64,000 bases of DNA from an uncultured delta proteobacterium (GCA_963789265.1 CAWBKB010000006.1:401393-465392); one strand, 5' to 3'; positions 10,028 to 20,797 are shown, counted from the stretch's first letter. Translations and numbers: made by a program. The notes: a model not told the origin generated them from the letters alone.

Positions 10028-10504
10028 ATGAGCTTGGCCAAGCGTCCGATAACCTCTGAAGGACACAAGAAACTAAGAGAGGAACTCGACCGATTGATCC
10101 GCGTAGAGCGACCGGCGGTGATAAAGGAGATCGAAATAGCCTTGGGCCATGGAGATCTCTCAGAGAATGCGGAATACACGTACGGCAAAGAAAAACAGGC
10201 CCTCATTGAAACGCGTATCCGGAGCCTTCAGGATCGGCTTGCCGCTTGCGAAATAATAGATATTGAGAATCGCCCCCCGACGAACCGAATCGTATTCGGA
10301 TGTTCCGTCACGATTGAGGATTTAGATACCAGTGAACAGAAGGTTTACCAGCTTCTTGGGCAGGACGAGGCCGACATAAGACGCGGGGTCATATCAGTCG
10401 ATTCCCCGCTGGGGCGAGCCCTCATCGGCAAAGAGGTCGACGACGTTGTGGAGGTGAAAACTCCCAACGGCCTTCGAGAGTTCGAAGTCCTTGAGATCTC
10501 CTGA
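10028..10504 (+). CDS. greA: transcription elongation factor GreA
   Basis: Motifs HGDLSENAEY and ISVDSPLGRALIGK. Confidence 0.95.
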   Translation: MSLAKRPITSEGHKKLREELDRLIRVERPAVIKEIEIALGHGDLSENAEYTYGKEKQALIETRIRSLQDRLAACEIIDIENRPPTNRIVFGCSVTIEDLDTSEQKVYQLLGQDEADIRRGVISVDSPLGRALIGKEVDDVVEVKTPNGLREFEVLEIS

Positions 10505-10547
10505 AACAAGCGATTTATAATTGCTCATGAGTTGGTCAGAGGCGGAT

Positions 10548-11867
10548 ATGCACGACAAAACTGCACCGCAATCGGCCGCGTCCTACCCCGGAGTTCTCAT
10601 ATTGTGCGATTTTGACGGCACTGTGTCAACGAAGGACACTGTGAATCGTCTGGTGAGAGAACACGCGACGTCGCCGGAATGGCGCTATTACGTGAAGCGG
10701 TATATGCTCGGAGAAATAGGCTCCCGGGAAGTATACGAAGGCATCGCGCCCCTAATGAGGATGACTCGTGAGGACCTGGAAATGTTCGTCCGCAACCACG
10801 CGGCACTGGATCCGAGTTTTCCCCAATTCCTGGCATGGGCCAAGAGACGAGGAATCGACGTCAAAATTGTCTCCGACGGATTCGATGCCACAATAGAAAG
10901 ATTGTTTCACAACCACGGAATCTCGGGGCTGGAAATCTTCGCCAACACCCTAACCTTCGGAGACGACGGCAGAGTCTCAATGGCTAGCCCGCATTCCAAT
11001 CCTGCATGCGGAACCTGTGGCACGTGCAAGTTGAGCATTTTGCGAAAGTTTCGGCCTTATTATGACAAGATCGTTTTGATCGGGGACGGGGAGTCCGACC
11101 GCCACGTCGCAGGTGAAGCCGATGTGGTATTGGCGCTAAACGAGCTTTTTGTATATTGCGCCCGGCATCGCATTCCATCGGTGCGTGTAAGCGGCTTTCA
11201 GGAAATTCCTCAATTACTCACAAGGGGCATCGCGGCCGTGGCATTCGACATGGACGGTACTTTGATCGATTCGCTTGACACCATTACAGACGCGTTTAAT
11301 CACATGTTTAAGACGCTCGGTTACCCGTCGATGACCACAGCAGAAGTGGTCCGAACCACTTCAATCTCACTAAAGGATTTTACCGAGACTTACCTCAAAC
11401 CAGAGGAAACGGAAACAGGCATTCGAATCTTTCGAGAATACTACGACGGCATTTTCCTTGAGAAAACGACGATGATTCCGGGGGTAATGGAAACGCTCGC
11501 AGCACTTGACGGGACAATACTCAAGGGGATCGTCACCAACAAGCGTGGCAATTACGCCCTAAAGCTCGCGGAGCATTTTGGATTCGCTCAAAACATGGCT
11601 CGCATCATAGGCGCTGAAGACGGCTTCAAGGCTAAGCCGGCTGGAGAAATGTGCGAGGAATTTATCCGCTCGGTGGGGGCCTCCAAAGATAATACGGTCT
11701 ATGTTGGGGATGCTCCAATTGATATTCAGGCAGCGAAAAACGCGGGCATAGATGCCTTTGCCGTGGCAAATCCCCTTTTCTCTGCGGAAGATCTGGCACT
11801 TTGTGCTCCCCGTAGAGTATTGAATGATATAACCGAGTTGCCTGCAGCGCTCCGGCCTCTGATATAA
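10548..11867 (+). CDS. two-domain HAD hydrolase (MtnX-like HAD-IB fused to a phosphoglycolate-phosphatase-like HAD-IA)
   Basis: N-terminal CDFDGT...SDGF...GDGESD; C-terminal FDMDGTLIDS...TNK...KP...VGDAPID. Confidence 0.85.
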   Translation: MHDKTAPQSAASYPGVLILCDFDGTVSTKDTVNRLVREHATSPEWRYYVKRYMLGEIGSREVYEGIAPLMRMTREDLEMFVRNHAALDPSFPQFLAWAKRRGIDVKIVSDGFDATIERLFHNHGISGLEIFANTLTFGDDGRVSMASPHSNPACGTCGTCKLSILRKFRPYYDKIVLIGDGESDRHVAGEADVVLALNELFVYCARHRIPSVRVSGFQEIPQLLTRGIAAVAFDMDGTLIDSLDTITDAFNHMFKTLGYPSMTTAEVVRTTSISLKDFTETYLKPEETETGIRIFREYYDGIFLEKTTMIPGVMETLAALDGTILKGIVTNKRGNYALKLAEHFGFAQNMARIIGAEDGFKAKPAGEMCEEFIRSVGASKDNTVYVGDAPIDIQAAKNAGIDAFAVANPLFSAEDLALCAPRRVLNDITELPAALRPLI

Positions 11868-11892
11868 GGTAACCGTTCAGCGGACTTCAAGA

Positions 11893-12088
11893 TTCACCGC
11901 AGAGTCCGCAGAGAACGCAGAGATAAAGGATAGTTTATTCAATTCCACGTCAATCACCGCGTGTACAGTCAGGTCGGCATTGTCCTTCCCGCGTCGTGGG
12001 ATCACATACCGGAACCTGCTGTACACAATTCGCATAAGCGTTCGGAGAAAATAGAATTCTCCGCGGTCTCTGCGCTCTCCGCGGTGAA
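11893..12088. repeat. paired inverted CGCAGAG-rich repeat arms
   Basis: ttcaccgcagagtccgcagagaacgcagag ... ctccgcggtctctgcgctctccgcggtgaa. Confidence 0.7.
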
Positions 12089-12250
12089 CGATTACGATAT
12101 AAGCTATGCGGCTGAATTGTCCGCGCTCGGAATTGTAGTCGCGTAAGAATTGGTTGAGAATGAGGGTAGTGGCTGGAACGGGCGTATTGCTATCCGAATG
12201 ACTATTATGAATATGGGAAATAACGGTATGTACTGGGACGGGGTCGGAAT

Positions 12251-14137
12251 ATGAAAACTAGTGTTTCGCTGTCCGAAGTTCATCGCACCGTATCAATTCC
12301 TGATGGAAAGCGCCTGCTGACACGTATGTTCGCCTTTTTCGGGCCCGCCTATTTGGTGAGTGTCGGCTATATGGATCCCGGCAATTGGGCGACCGATCTG
12401 GAGGGCGGATCGAAGTTCGGTTATACGCTCATCTGGGTTCTGTTAGCATCCAACATCGCCGCGATAGTACTCCAAACTTTGGCCGCAAGGCTCGGAATTG
12501 TTACAGGCAGAGATTTGGCGCAGTCCTGTCGCGACCAGTACCCTCGTTCAGTTAATTACATGCTCTGGGTGTTGGCGGAAATTGGGATAGTGGCCTGCGA
12601 TCTCGCGGAAGTGCTGGGAGGGGCAATCGGGATCAATCTCCTGTTCGGCATACCTCTCTTGTGGGGTGTAGTGCTTACAGGATTTGATGCGCTGCTCTTT
12701 CTGGCCATTCAAAGTTTCGGGATTCGAAAATTCGAGAGTTTCATTCTGTCTTTGATTTTCACAATCGGTTTGTGCTTCGTATTTGAAATTTACTGGTCAG
12801 CTCCACATTGGGGCGAGGCGGTCAAGGGTTTCGTCCCGAGTATACCCGCAGGAGCGCTTTACATTGTTGTCGGCATCATAGGAGCGACTGTGATGCCCCA
12901 CAATTTGTATCTGCATTCGGCTCTGGTACAAAGTCGAGCTTACAACACATCACCTGCAGGTAAACGACAGGCATGCCGTTTCAATTTTGTTGATTCCGCA
13001 CTGGCTTTGAACGTCGCTTTTTTCATAAATGCGGCTATCCTGATCGTTTCCGCGGCAGCGTTCTACGGCAAGGGGACAGAGGTAACGGAACTCCAGCAGG
13101 CGCACAAGCTGCTCTCGCCTATGTTAGGGACAACTCTTGCGGGGGTCCTGTTTGCAATAGGTCTCATTTGCAGCGGCCAGGCCTCTACCATAACCGGTAC
13201 TCTGGCAGGCCAGATTGTTATGGAGGGGTTTCTACATTTTAAGATCCGCCCGTTCTTAAGAAGATTAGTGACCCGTCTTCTAGCAATTGTACCGACAGTC
13301 TTGACGGTTCTGTTTATGGGTGCCGAGGGAAGCTACAAATTGTTGATCTTGAGCCAGGTCATCTTGAGTTTACAGCTCTCTTTTGCCATGATCCCACTTA
13401 TCCATTTTACCAACGACAAAAGGTTGATGGGGGATTTCGTCAACCGTTTCTGGCTAAAGATTCTCTCCTGGGCTGTGGCGCTCGGAATTCTAGGTCTGAA
13501 TATTAAACTCGTAAGCGATCAAATAGGAGAGTGGATACAATCCAGCCCAACGCCAACCTGGATATGGGCCACAATTGTGCCGCCGTTATGTATTCTCGGG
13601 CTGTTCCTCCTCTATATTTTTGTCCGACCCTTTATTCATCTGCCTGAAAAGGAGAAGCTTCCCGGATGGCGCACACTCAGTCATCTTATTCGCGCTGAAG
13701 AGGACAAGCTGGACCTGGAGGTGCACCGCTATAAGCGAATCGGGGTCGCTGTGGCGCACAACAAAGCAGATGAACGAGTCCTGAGCCATGCCCTGCCGGT
13801 TGCACGCCAGCACGATGCCTCACTCTATTTATTTCATGTAGTGGAAGGGGCGAGTAGCACGGTCTTCGGTGCTGACGCATTCGATGCCGAGACCAGACAT
13901 GATGAAGAGTATCTCAGACAGCTCGCTGCCGCGCTCAACCACAGAGGGGTCGAAGTGGAGATTTTCTTGGGGTATGGAGAGGTGGCCAAGGAACTGATAC
14001 GCATGGCTCAAGAGCAAGAAATTGATCTGTTGGTCATGGGCGGGCACGGACACAGGGGGCTCAGTGACCTTATATTCGGCAGCACCATCACGCCGGTGAG
14101 GCATGTTCTTGAAATACCCGTGCTTGTGGTCAGGTAG
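12251..14137 (+). CDS. mntH: Nramp family Mn2+/Fe2+ transporter with a C-terminal USP domain
   Basis: Motifs GYMDPGNW and GATVMPHNLYLHS; C-terminal DLLVMGGHGHRG. Confidence 0.93.
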   Translation: MKTSVSLSEVHRTVSIPDGKRLLTRMFAFFGPAYLVSVGYMDPGNWATDLEGGSKFGYTLIWVLLASNIAAIVLQTLAARLGIVTGRDLAQSCRDQYPRSVNYMLWVLAEIGIVACDLAEVLGGAIGINLLFGIPLLWGVVLTGFDALLFLAIQSFGIRKFESFILSLIFTIGLCFVFEIYWSAPHWGEAVKGFVPSIPAGALYIVVGIIGATVMPHNLYLHSALVQSRAYNTSPAGKRQACRFNFVDSALALNVAFFINAAILIVSAAAFYGKGTEVTELQQAHKLLSPMLGTTLAGVLFAIGLICSGQASTITGTLAGQIVMEGFLHFKIRPFLRRLVTRLLAIVPTVLTVLFMGAEGSYKLLILSQVILSLQLSFAMIPLIHFTNDKRLMGDFVNRFWLKILSWAVALGILGLNIKLVSDQIGEWIQSSPTPTWIWATIVPPLCILGLFLLYIFVRPFIHLPEKEKLPGWRTLSHLIRAEEDKLDLEVHRYKRIGVAVAHNKADERVLSHALPVARQHDASLYLFHVVEGASSTVFGADAFDAETRHDEEYLRQLAAALNHRGVEVEIFLGYGEVAKELIRMAQEQEIDLLVMGGHGHRGLSDLIFGSTITPVRHVLEIPVLVVR

Positions 14138-14263
14138 AATTTAAAGGCACTCGCCGCGAAGGAAGACAAAGCCCACTACGGCTGCTGAAACTCCGGTTGA
14201 TCGCCGCGCAGTCCGTACCCCGCCTTGCTCTCACCCAGTCGGGAGCCTTTTTCGAAATCTCGC

Positions 14264-15074
14264 CTAAGATTTCAGCATTGCCAGAAAAATCAAAGGCGCG
14301 ATGGCAATCCGATAAAACGCGTAAGGGACAAGGTTCCAGCGCTGAAGCAAAGCGATAAACGTCTTCACTGCGATAGAGGCTGACAAGAATGATACAATTA
14401 TTCCAACCGTGAAACATCGGAATGTCAGAAGCGTGAAACAAGCTCCAATTCTTGTAGAGATCGAATATCGCGGCCGCGCTCAATATTGGAACAGCCGCGA
14501 GAAACGAATATTCTGCAGCAATCCGGCGATCGAGACCGCAGAACAGACCCCCGACAATTGTAGAAGCTGAACGGGACATTCCAGGCCACAATGCCAAGCA
14601 CTGAAAAAGCCCTATTTTTAGTGCATGCCCGTAGCTCACGCTATCTATCTGCTCAACTTGAGACTCCGGTTTATACCTCTCAGCCAGGAGTATTCCTATG
14701 CCGCCCACACCGAGGGCCGCGGCGACGGTAAGTGGGCCGAACAGATACTGTTTGATGAAGTGATGGGCAAAAGCCCCACAGATGACTGCCGGCACCGTGG
14801 TCAAGGCCAAAAGCGAAAGACCTCTCAGTCCCGAAAAATTTCCATCTTCCGCGTTCCGCCTGAATGGAATGAGCCTTACGAAACGAGGCCAGTACAAAAC
14901 CACGACTGCTGAAATCGCTCCGATTTGGAGGAATACCTCAAAACATGTTGCTTTGGGTCCTGTAAAATCAAGCAGCGTACCGGCCAAAATGAGATGCCCG
15001 GCAGAAGAGACCGGCAAATATTCGGTCAAACCCAGCACTATTCCAAGGATTGCGGCAATCCAAAGCGCATTCAT
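14264..15074 (-). CDS. uppP: undecaprenyl-diphosphate phosphatase, +1 frameshift at about 14413
   Basis: Motifs TEYLPVSSAGH and PGMSRSASTI; removing one T restores the C-terminus TVGIIVSF...YAFYRIAI* ending at 14264. Confidence 0.88.
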
Positions 15075-15392
15075 CGAATACTCCTTGTTACTGAAACCTC
15101 TTCAAATGATGCCGACTACAAGCCGTTCTGCAGGCCCGTCGGGGATCACAATATGCCCCATCGAGATGTCGGACGCAATATCCTATCAGGATTCACATCA
15201 AAAGGAGGTTTTAGAGATGGTCTCGGATTGCCTTCGCGGAGGGATTTGGTTGCTGAAGAACCGATAGTAAAAGACAAGCGCGTACCGCGGAAGCGGTCTG
15301 ATGTCGATGCGCTTTCAAGCAAGTGTCGCCGTGCCCGTGTACGCGGCCATCCGGTAGGACCGGTTCCGCGAGACGCGAATCGCCGGCAGGGA

Positions 15393-15548
15393 GAAACTGT
15401 CTCAAAACTCTTGAACTGGACGCAATCGTAACACGAAATTCCCTCACCCCAGCCCTCTGGGAGAGGGCCGGGGTGAGGGCACCGAAAATGCCTAGCAGGC
15501 CCAATCGTGGCACGATGGCGGTCATCAAAATAATTTTGAGACAGTTTC
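15393..15548 (-). mobile_element. MITE family A, copy 2
   Basis: TIRs GAAACTGTCTCAAAA/TTTTGAGACAGTTTC; duplication GGGA. Confidence 0.85.
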
Positions 15549-15782
15549 GGGACGCCGGCGCTACCGTGCCATTGGCAGCGTATTTGCGAAACGCTGTGCT
15601 GAGCGCCTTGGATGTGAGAGCACACTACACCCTTAAGCCAGAGCAAACAAATACCCAGCCCCATCTTGGCGCTTTCGAACCACACTGATCGGTGCCTCAT
15701 GTGCCCGTGTTTCCGTACACGGTTACAGTACGACACCACGTCACGCGCCGCACCATTTCAGAGAAAGCAGCAGACCCGCAAC

Positions 15783-16088
15783 TTATTTGGGCTTTATCAT
15801 TTCAGCCATGGATTCAAGGGACTTGGCCACGAATGACCTGACTTCGTTGGAAGACTTGGCGGCCACATCATCCAGGGCCGAGGTAATGCCTTTAATCCTG
15901 CCGCGCGCTTCTTCCGCTACCGGTTTCAGCGCATTGATAAGCGATTCTTTCGCCTTTGCCACCGAGTCTTCCAGAGCAGCCCCGTACATGCCGGTAATCG
16001 GCGAGCTTTCCGAGGCCGGCCGCCAGTCGCTGAAAGGCTCAAATTTTCTTCTCCAAAGCTCTGGTCCCTGATTCTGAGTATCCATCAT
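15783..16088 (-). CDS. hypothetical protein
   Basis: About 101-aa helical ORF with a GAGGAG RBS. Confidence 0.6.
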   Translation of the reverse strand: MMDTQNQGPELWRRKFEPFSDWRPASESSPITGMYGAALEDSVAKAKESLINALKPVAEEARGRIKGITSALDDVAAKSSNEVRSFVAKSLESMAEMIKPK

Positions 16089-16235
16089 CTCTCTCCTCAC
16101 GAGTTGCGAAGCCTCGTACACTACCAAAATTGCTTCATCCAGAAGTGGTTTTCACGAATTCCTGGGTCGTTTCTTTACGTCAGTTCAATATCCCGGCTTA
16201 ATTTTATGAGACATCGTAATCCGCGTGATGTTTCA

Positions 16236-16904
16236 CTAATAGAGCAGAGGCAGCAGCAGCCAGCGTGTTTGTCTGCAATATACGGAATACCCCTCGCCAA
16301 ACTCCTCTTGAAGAAATCTCTCCTCTGCCTGGATACGTGCAATAATCGCGACCAGCATGACAAGCAATAACAACAGCCCAATGCCGCCGCGAAAAATGAG
16401 ACACCATCCCAGCGTACCCAGGATGAGCCCCGTGTAGCTGGGGTGACGGATCACACGATAAAGTCCGTCCATCTTCAGTTCGTGCTGCTCTTGCACAGTC
16501 ACCAACCCGCTGAAACGATGACCCAATGCGAAAACGGCTGCAACTCGGATCATCCCGCCTATGAGGAAAAATGCGAGGCCCCAGTAGCGCACAGTGTCGC
16601 CGCCGATAGTCCACCAATTGTGGCGGTCCTCGTAAGGAAGGAGCAAGGCCATGATAAGAGGAACAATAATAAACGGAAACAAGACCCAACGATTGGAGGT
16701 CATTTCTCGCGGACCCGGGCTCAAACCGCTGGCCCCTGAAAAACAGAGCGCTACGCCGAAAACTATCGTTCCGATAGCGAGACCCGTCCGCGCGGGGTTA
16801 GCAAAGAATCCTCGGAAATCCCCCCATGACGAGATAGCGAGAAAGAGCCACAGTAAACTACCACCGAAACCGACTGCAATAAACCGCGGATTAGTGCGCC
16901 GCAT
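16236..16904 (-). CDS. isoprenylcysteine carboxylmethyltransferase (Ste14) family membrane protein
   Basis: Motifs HELKMDGLYRVIRHPSYTG and RIQAEERFLQEEFGEGYSVYC. Confidence 0.88.
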   Translation of the reverse strand: MRRTNPRFIAVGFGGSLLWLFLAISSWGDFRGFFANPARTGLAIGTIVFGVALCFSGASGLSPGPREMTSNRWVLFPFIIVPLIMALLLPYEDRHNWWTIGGDTVRYWGLAFFLIGGMIRVAAVFALGHRFSGLVTVQEQHELKMDGLYRVIRHPSYTGLILGTLGWCLIFRGGIGLLLLLVMLVAIIARIQAEERFLQEEFGEGYSVYCRQTRWLLLPLLY

Positions 16905-17286
16905 GCCGCCTCCCAAGATATGTACTATCCAGATACCAGCAAATAATCCCACGCCGCCTTGTGAACCCCATCGGGTTTTGTGGGTACCATGGATTCGCGT
17001 TCTAATCAATAAGTCTTTAGTCTTACACCTTCCAGTAATAATGCTAAAAAGGATTCACCTCGAAGAGCGCCGAGATCCCAGAGATAGAGAATGTTCAAAA
17101 CAAGATAAAGAGAGTCGGCTGGTTCACTTCTGGGGCCGACGCGGATATTCAGCGAACAGGCTGAATGCCATATCTGTTATCTGTAGAGCGGTCACGTCTG
17201 CTTTTGGCTCATGAAAAAACTTGCGTCAAGAGAAGACTCGCCCCGTCTCGACTACCTGAATCGTCTGCTTGCACGTACACCTTGAA

Positions 17287-18045
17287 TTATCCGGCAACAC
17301 TCCGGCCATGTTCGGCCATCGAATCTCGCACGACTCTCCTGAATTCCCAATAAAATGGCCTACTATGGAATTCGCGTAGCCTCTCCTCGTACTCTTTTTC
17401 CTGGAGAGACGAAGGATCGTACTCCGGTGCGCTGTTGATTTGGTCTTGAGTTGCCGCCAAATAGATCTTTTTGTTCCGCCAATCAACTTCTTCGGTCCAG
17501 TTCGGCAAGACCAACACTTTCTTGCCCGATCCCCAGCGCTGCGTATCTATCACAATGTAATCAACCGTCCATTTTTCATCATCAATGACAAAATCTTCCA
17601 CATGGCCGATGTATCCGTCCCGGGCTTCCACATGAAAGCCGATTGCCTCATGAGTGCTTCTTAGCTGGACGTCCCCGGTCGCGGCATGAGCCGCCTCGGC
17701 AAGTTCAACGCCCTTTTTCGGCATATCGCCTGTGGTGAACTGCCATCTGCAACAAGCATCCAGTTCGTGCAATGAGATTGTCGGTGCATCTTTCTCAATG
17801 GTTGGACTATCCCTGATTTGCACCTTTGAAAGGCTTACGGGTACTGATTTCATCCTGGCGTTCAATTGCCCTAGAGCTGCCAAAGAAATGAGAACTTTTC
17901 TGCCCCGCAGCCATTCATGTGTGTCCACAATCAGATAGTGAATGATCCACGATTGAGGATCAAAGAAGAACCCTCGAATATGTCCGAGGCTACCGTCTGT
18001 TGCATCAATTTCGTATCCTGCAAGATCGTTTATGCTATAGAGCAT
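17287..18045 (-). CDS. PRC-barrel domain protein (two barrels)
   Basis: GYEIDATDGSLGHI...YLIVDT and GFHVEARDGYIGHVEDFVIDD. Confidence 0.85.
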   Translation of the reverse strand: MLYSINDLAGYEIDATDGSLGHIRGFFFDPQSWIIHYLIVDTHEWLRGRKVLISLAALGQLNARMKSVPVSLSKVQIRDSPTIEKDAPTISLHELDACCRWQFTTGDMPKKGVELAEAAHAATGDVQLRSTHEAIGFHVEARDGYIGHVEDFVIDDEKWTVDYIVIDTQRWGSGKKVLVLPNWTEEVDWRNKKIYLAATQDQINSAPEYDPSSLQEKEYEERLREFHSRPFYWEFRRVVRDSMAEHGRSVAG

Positions 18046-18317
18046 TTTTCGTCTCCCGGTTGTCATCTTTTGAATGCACAACCTTCTAAAGAGCCTCTCT
18101 GCTGGCTGTTATGCAATTTTGTTCGACATGCGCCGCACATAACAAAAATCCAATCAAACTACTTTCTCAAGATTCCCGGTTACTTGTCCGACAGCATTTG
18201 GCTGTCCTGCACCTATTACTGCACTCGCCGCCTGTCCCCATCCATCATTAACAAAGTCATCCTCTTAATGGATGTCAAGTATCCAGGGGGCAACTCTTGC
18301 TTTTTGATGCCGGAGAC

Positions 18318-18400
18318 CGCAGCATATATGGGACTCCATTAGTCCACCGTGAGCAGGATTGTGCAGGGCGAAAGGGGAAAAGGCAAGAAACAAGACCTGA
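18318..18400 (+). pseudogene. 3' tail remnant of a Y1 (RAYT-like) transposase with an HTH, copy 1
   Basis: Encodes AAYMGLH*STVSRIV and ends CAAGACCTGA; near-direct repeat of 18646-18731. Confidence 0.65.
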
Positions 18401-18645
18401 TCGTTTGTTTCTGATGCTTTGCCTTCAGGTAGAGCGTGGTTAACCAGAGCGATTCGCATTTTCTCATCTGTGGCAATCTGCGCAATCTGTGGGTTAGAAG
18501 AAATCCGCCGATTTCACAGATGGCCGCAGATTGAGTAGACGGGCAAACGCATGCGATCAGAAGGCCCGCGACGGAGGCATTAAACCCATCTTCTACAGTT
18601 CTCATAATCCTGGCGGCAGGTCTTTCTTTTTTTGCGGTGGAAGAT

Positions 18646-18731
18646 CGCAGCATATATGGGGCTCCATTACCCTACCGTGAGCAGGACAGTGCAAGGCGAA
18701 AGGGAAAAGGCAAGAAACAAGACCCGACCCC
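18646..18731 (+). pseudogene. 3' tail remnant of a Y1 (RAYT-like) transposase with an HTH, copy 2
   Basis: Encodes AAYMGLHYPTVSRTVQGEREKARNKT and ends AAGACCCGACCCC. Confidence 0.65.
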
Positions 18732-18994
18732 TTATATGCTTGCACAGGAGATAAACAGTCATCGGAGTGTTCTTCGGCCCTTTGTTACTGTTTACCTTGC
18801 TATCCCCGCACACATCTGGTAATGATAAAAACACAGATTCCTTTTGAAAAGTACGGGCTTACTGTTCGCAAATGGACTTCTCGTGTGGGCATATTGTGGC
18901 TGCATGCGAGTATGATCGGTGTGGGATACCCCGGTAAAGAGATTGCGACGGAATTTCAGAGACGGCCACCTCATAAGAGCACTTGGAGGGCACT

Positions 18995-19240
18995 ATGGTC
19001 TTTTTTAATGATAGTGACGGAAAAAAACGCTATGGAACCGTAATAGCGTCTTTGGGAATTGACCCGAAAAAGGTTACCGGAAAGTACCTGGAATCTTTGA
19101 GTGCGGAGTTTGGGTGCATTTTCGAAAAAGGCGAATTGCTACTGTGGGTTCAAGCTGACGAAGAACGGGCGGAGCAAGTTTTCGAAATTTTAAGGAAAAG
19201 ACATTTTCCATTCATGGGGAAGAGCAGAAAGATGGAGTAG
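18995..19240 (+). CDS. hypothetical protein
   Basis: ATG follows GGAGGG; abuts the next gene. Confidence 0.6.
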   Translation: MVFFNDSDGKKRYGTVIASLGIDPKKVTGKYLESLSAEFGCIFEKGELLLWVQADEERAEQVFEILRKRHFPFMGKSRKME

Positions 19241-19243
19241 AGC

Positions 19244-19564
19244 ATGATATCGAGGCACTGGAAAGGAATTGCCAAGCCGGGCGAGGCTGATAACTACATC
19301 AAGCATCTCAGGACCAATACCTTCCCTGAACTGTCAAGAATTGAGGGCTTCATCAGAGCATCTATCCTTAAGAGGAAGGTTATTGAGGGAACAGAGTTTC
19401 TGATTATAACTGACTGGGAATCGCTGGAAGCAATCGAACATTTTGCTGGCGTGCCTGCGGATATGGCGGTCGTTCCCCCAGTGGTCCAAGATATGATGAT
19501 TGATTACGACAAAAATGCTACCCATTACGAAGTTGTGGGAAGTTTTGGAAGCACAACCGTGTGA
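19244..19564 (+). CDS. antibiotic biosynthesis monooxygenase (ABM)-like protein
   Basis: MISRHWKG...EFLIITDWESLEAIEHFAG...AVVPP...THYEV. Confidence 0.8.
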   Translation: MISRHWKGIAKPGEADNYIKHLRTNTFPELSRIEGFIRASILKRKVIEGTEFLIITDWESLEAIEHFAGVPADMAVVPPVVQDMMIDYDKNATHYEVVGSFGSTTV

Positions 19565-19625
19565 TTAAACTGCTCCGGTCAATGAACCTTCCTGCATCAG
19601 CCATGAAGGTCCGCATCTCCTCTAA

Positions 19626-20153
19626 TCAGAAGGCACCCCACGATTGCTTGCCCGGGATGTAGTAACTGGGGCAAATGAAGCGAAACATGTGAGCAATCTT
19701 TTTGATTTTTTCGAGCCTCGCTTCCCTGTCTGCGCCCATGGATGCAAGCAACTCGCCGAACAATTCGTCGAAGTAGGCTTCGGCCGCCTGTTTCCGATCA
19801 GCTTCGGTTTTGAATTCGATACGAATTTGCCGCAACTCGCCGCAATCCAGCCAGATTCCTCCGCAGGACGGACATTCGTCCACTTGGACCTGCCGCTTCA
19901 CGCTGAAGTAATGTTGCATCATGGGAATCCCTTTGCATTTCGGGCAGTTCAACCGTAGTGCTCCGTTCCTGTGATTCCTCTTAATTCCTTCAATTTCGCC
20001 GAGGAGTTCTCCAGCGTCCTCATCCGGCTCGTCGACCTTCTGAACTTCAAAATTGTCACAAAAGATTCCCCCGCAGCCCGATTTGCATACGTCGAATTGA
20101 ACAGGTCCCACCATAACTTGGTCAAGTTGGTCGCCGCAAACAGGACATCTCAT
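19626..20153 (-). CDS. zf-TFIIB-type double zinc-ribbon protein
   Basis: CPVC...DVCKSGCGGIF and CPKC...VDECPSCGGIWLDCGEL. Confidence 0.82.
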   Translation of the reverse strand: MRCPVCGDQLDQVMVGPVQFDVCKSGCGGIFCDNFEVQKVDEPDEDAGELLGEIEGIKRNHRNGALRLNCPKCKGIPMMQHYFSVKRQVQVDECPSCGGIWLDCGELRQIRIEFKTEADRKQAAEAYFDELFGELLASMGADREARLEKIKKIAHMFRFICPSYYIPGKQSWGAF

Positions 20154-20703
20154 TTCTTGGCCCTCCACGTGGCTACGATGTCTGGGTATCCGTGGATTCT
20201 GCGTGACTCTCAGCGAGTCATTGACGCTGCGCGAAGTCAGGTAATGCCAATGGTCTCGCAGTCACAATCAAGAAAACCCTTCAGCATGTCACTAGCACAC
20301 GTGACTGGACGATTCAACGAATTTGTCCACAGCGGATTGAACCTCCGCTGCCATCACCTCAAGAGTTGGGATTGCGAAGTCGCACCTGGTATCTTCGCAA
20401 ACCATGTCGCAAAGAATGCGGCGGAACGCGAATCTCTTTGGAAGCTTGCCAATCATGAAGCCGCTGTTTTGACATCCTGGATTATATTGTCTCAGAACAG
20501 TGTTGATGTCCGGACTGTGTCGCTGCGGTCAGCAGGCGTTGAAGCACCGGCTCACTCTCAAGCACCTCGATGGGGCTCAAATGGTGAGTGTCCGGGCCGG
20601 ATGTTCGATGTTCGGCATGTAATGCAGTGCCGAGAGAGAAATCATCGTGCCACGAATTTCAGTGACGAGAAATCCGCCAATTTCGTACCCAGCATGGACA
20701 ATA

Positions 20704-20719
20704 CCTACCTTTATGTAGG
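20704..20719. promoter_or_regulatory. candidate activator site CCTAC-N6-GTAGG
   Basis: Palindrome about 80 bp upstream of a sigma54 promoter; same TAC-N6-GTA core as the sites upstream of nifH. Confidence 0.45.
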
Positions 20720-20797
20720 CAATCGCTACCTGCTGCATTGATGGTCTCCGCCATAATATACCAATATTACACCAACTAACTGGGCTTCACCTTTCTT

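Noticed and set aside
12140..12250. yybP-ykoY Mn riboswitch upstream of mntH
   Set aside because: The conserved riboswitch motifs could not be identified by eye.
12251..14137. Nramp-USP fusion as a novelty
   Set aside because: A known architecture among MntH homologues.
15146..15739. Several overlapping ORFs of 105-197 aa
   Set aside because: They run through MITE and REP sequence and lack protein-like features.
18318..20153. Integron cassette array
   Set aside because: No integron integrase and no convincing attC (RYYYAAC...GTTRRRY) structures between the genes.
19971..20741. 256-aa plus-strand ORF
   Set aside because: Overlaps the zinc-ribbon gene antisense and has no family motifs; probably spurious.
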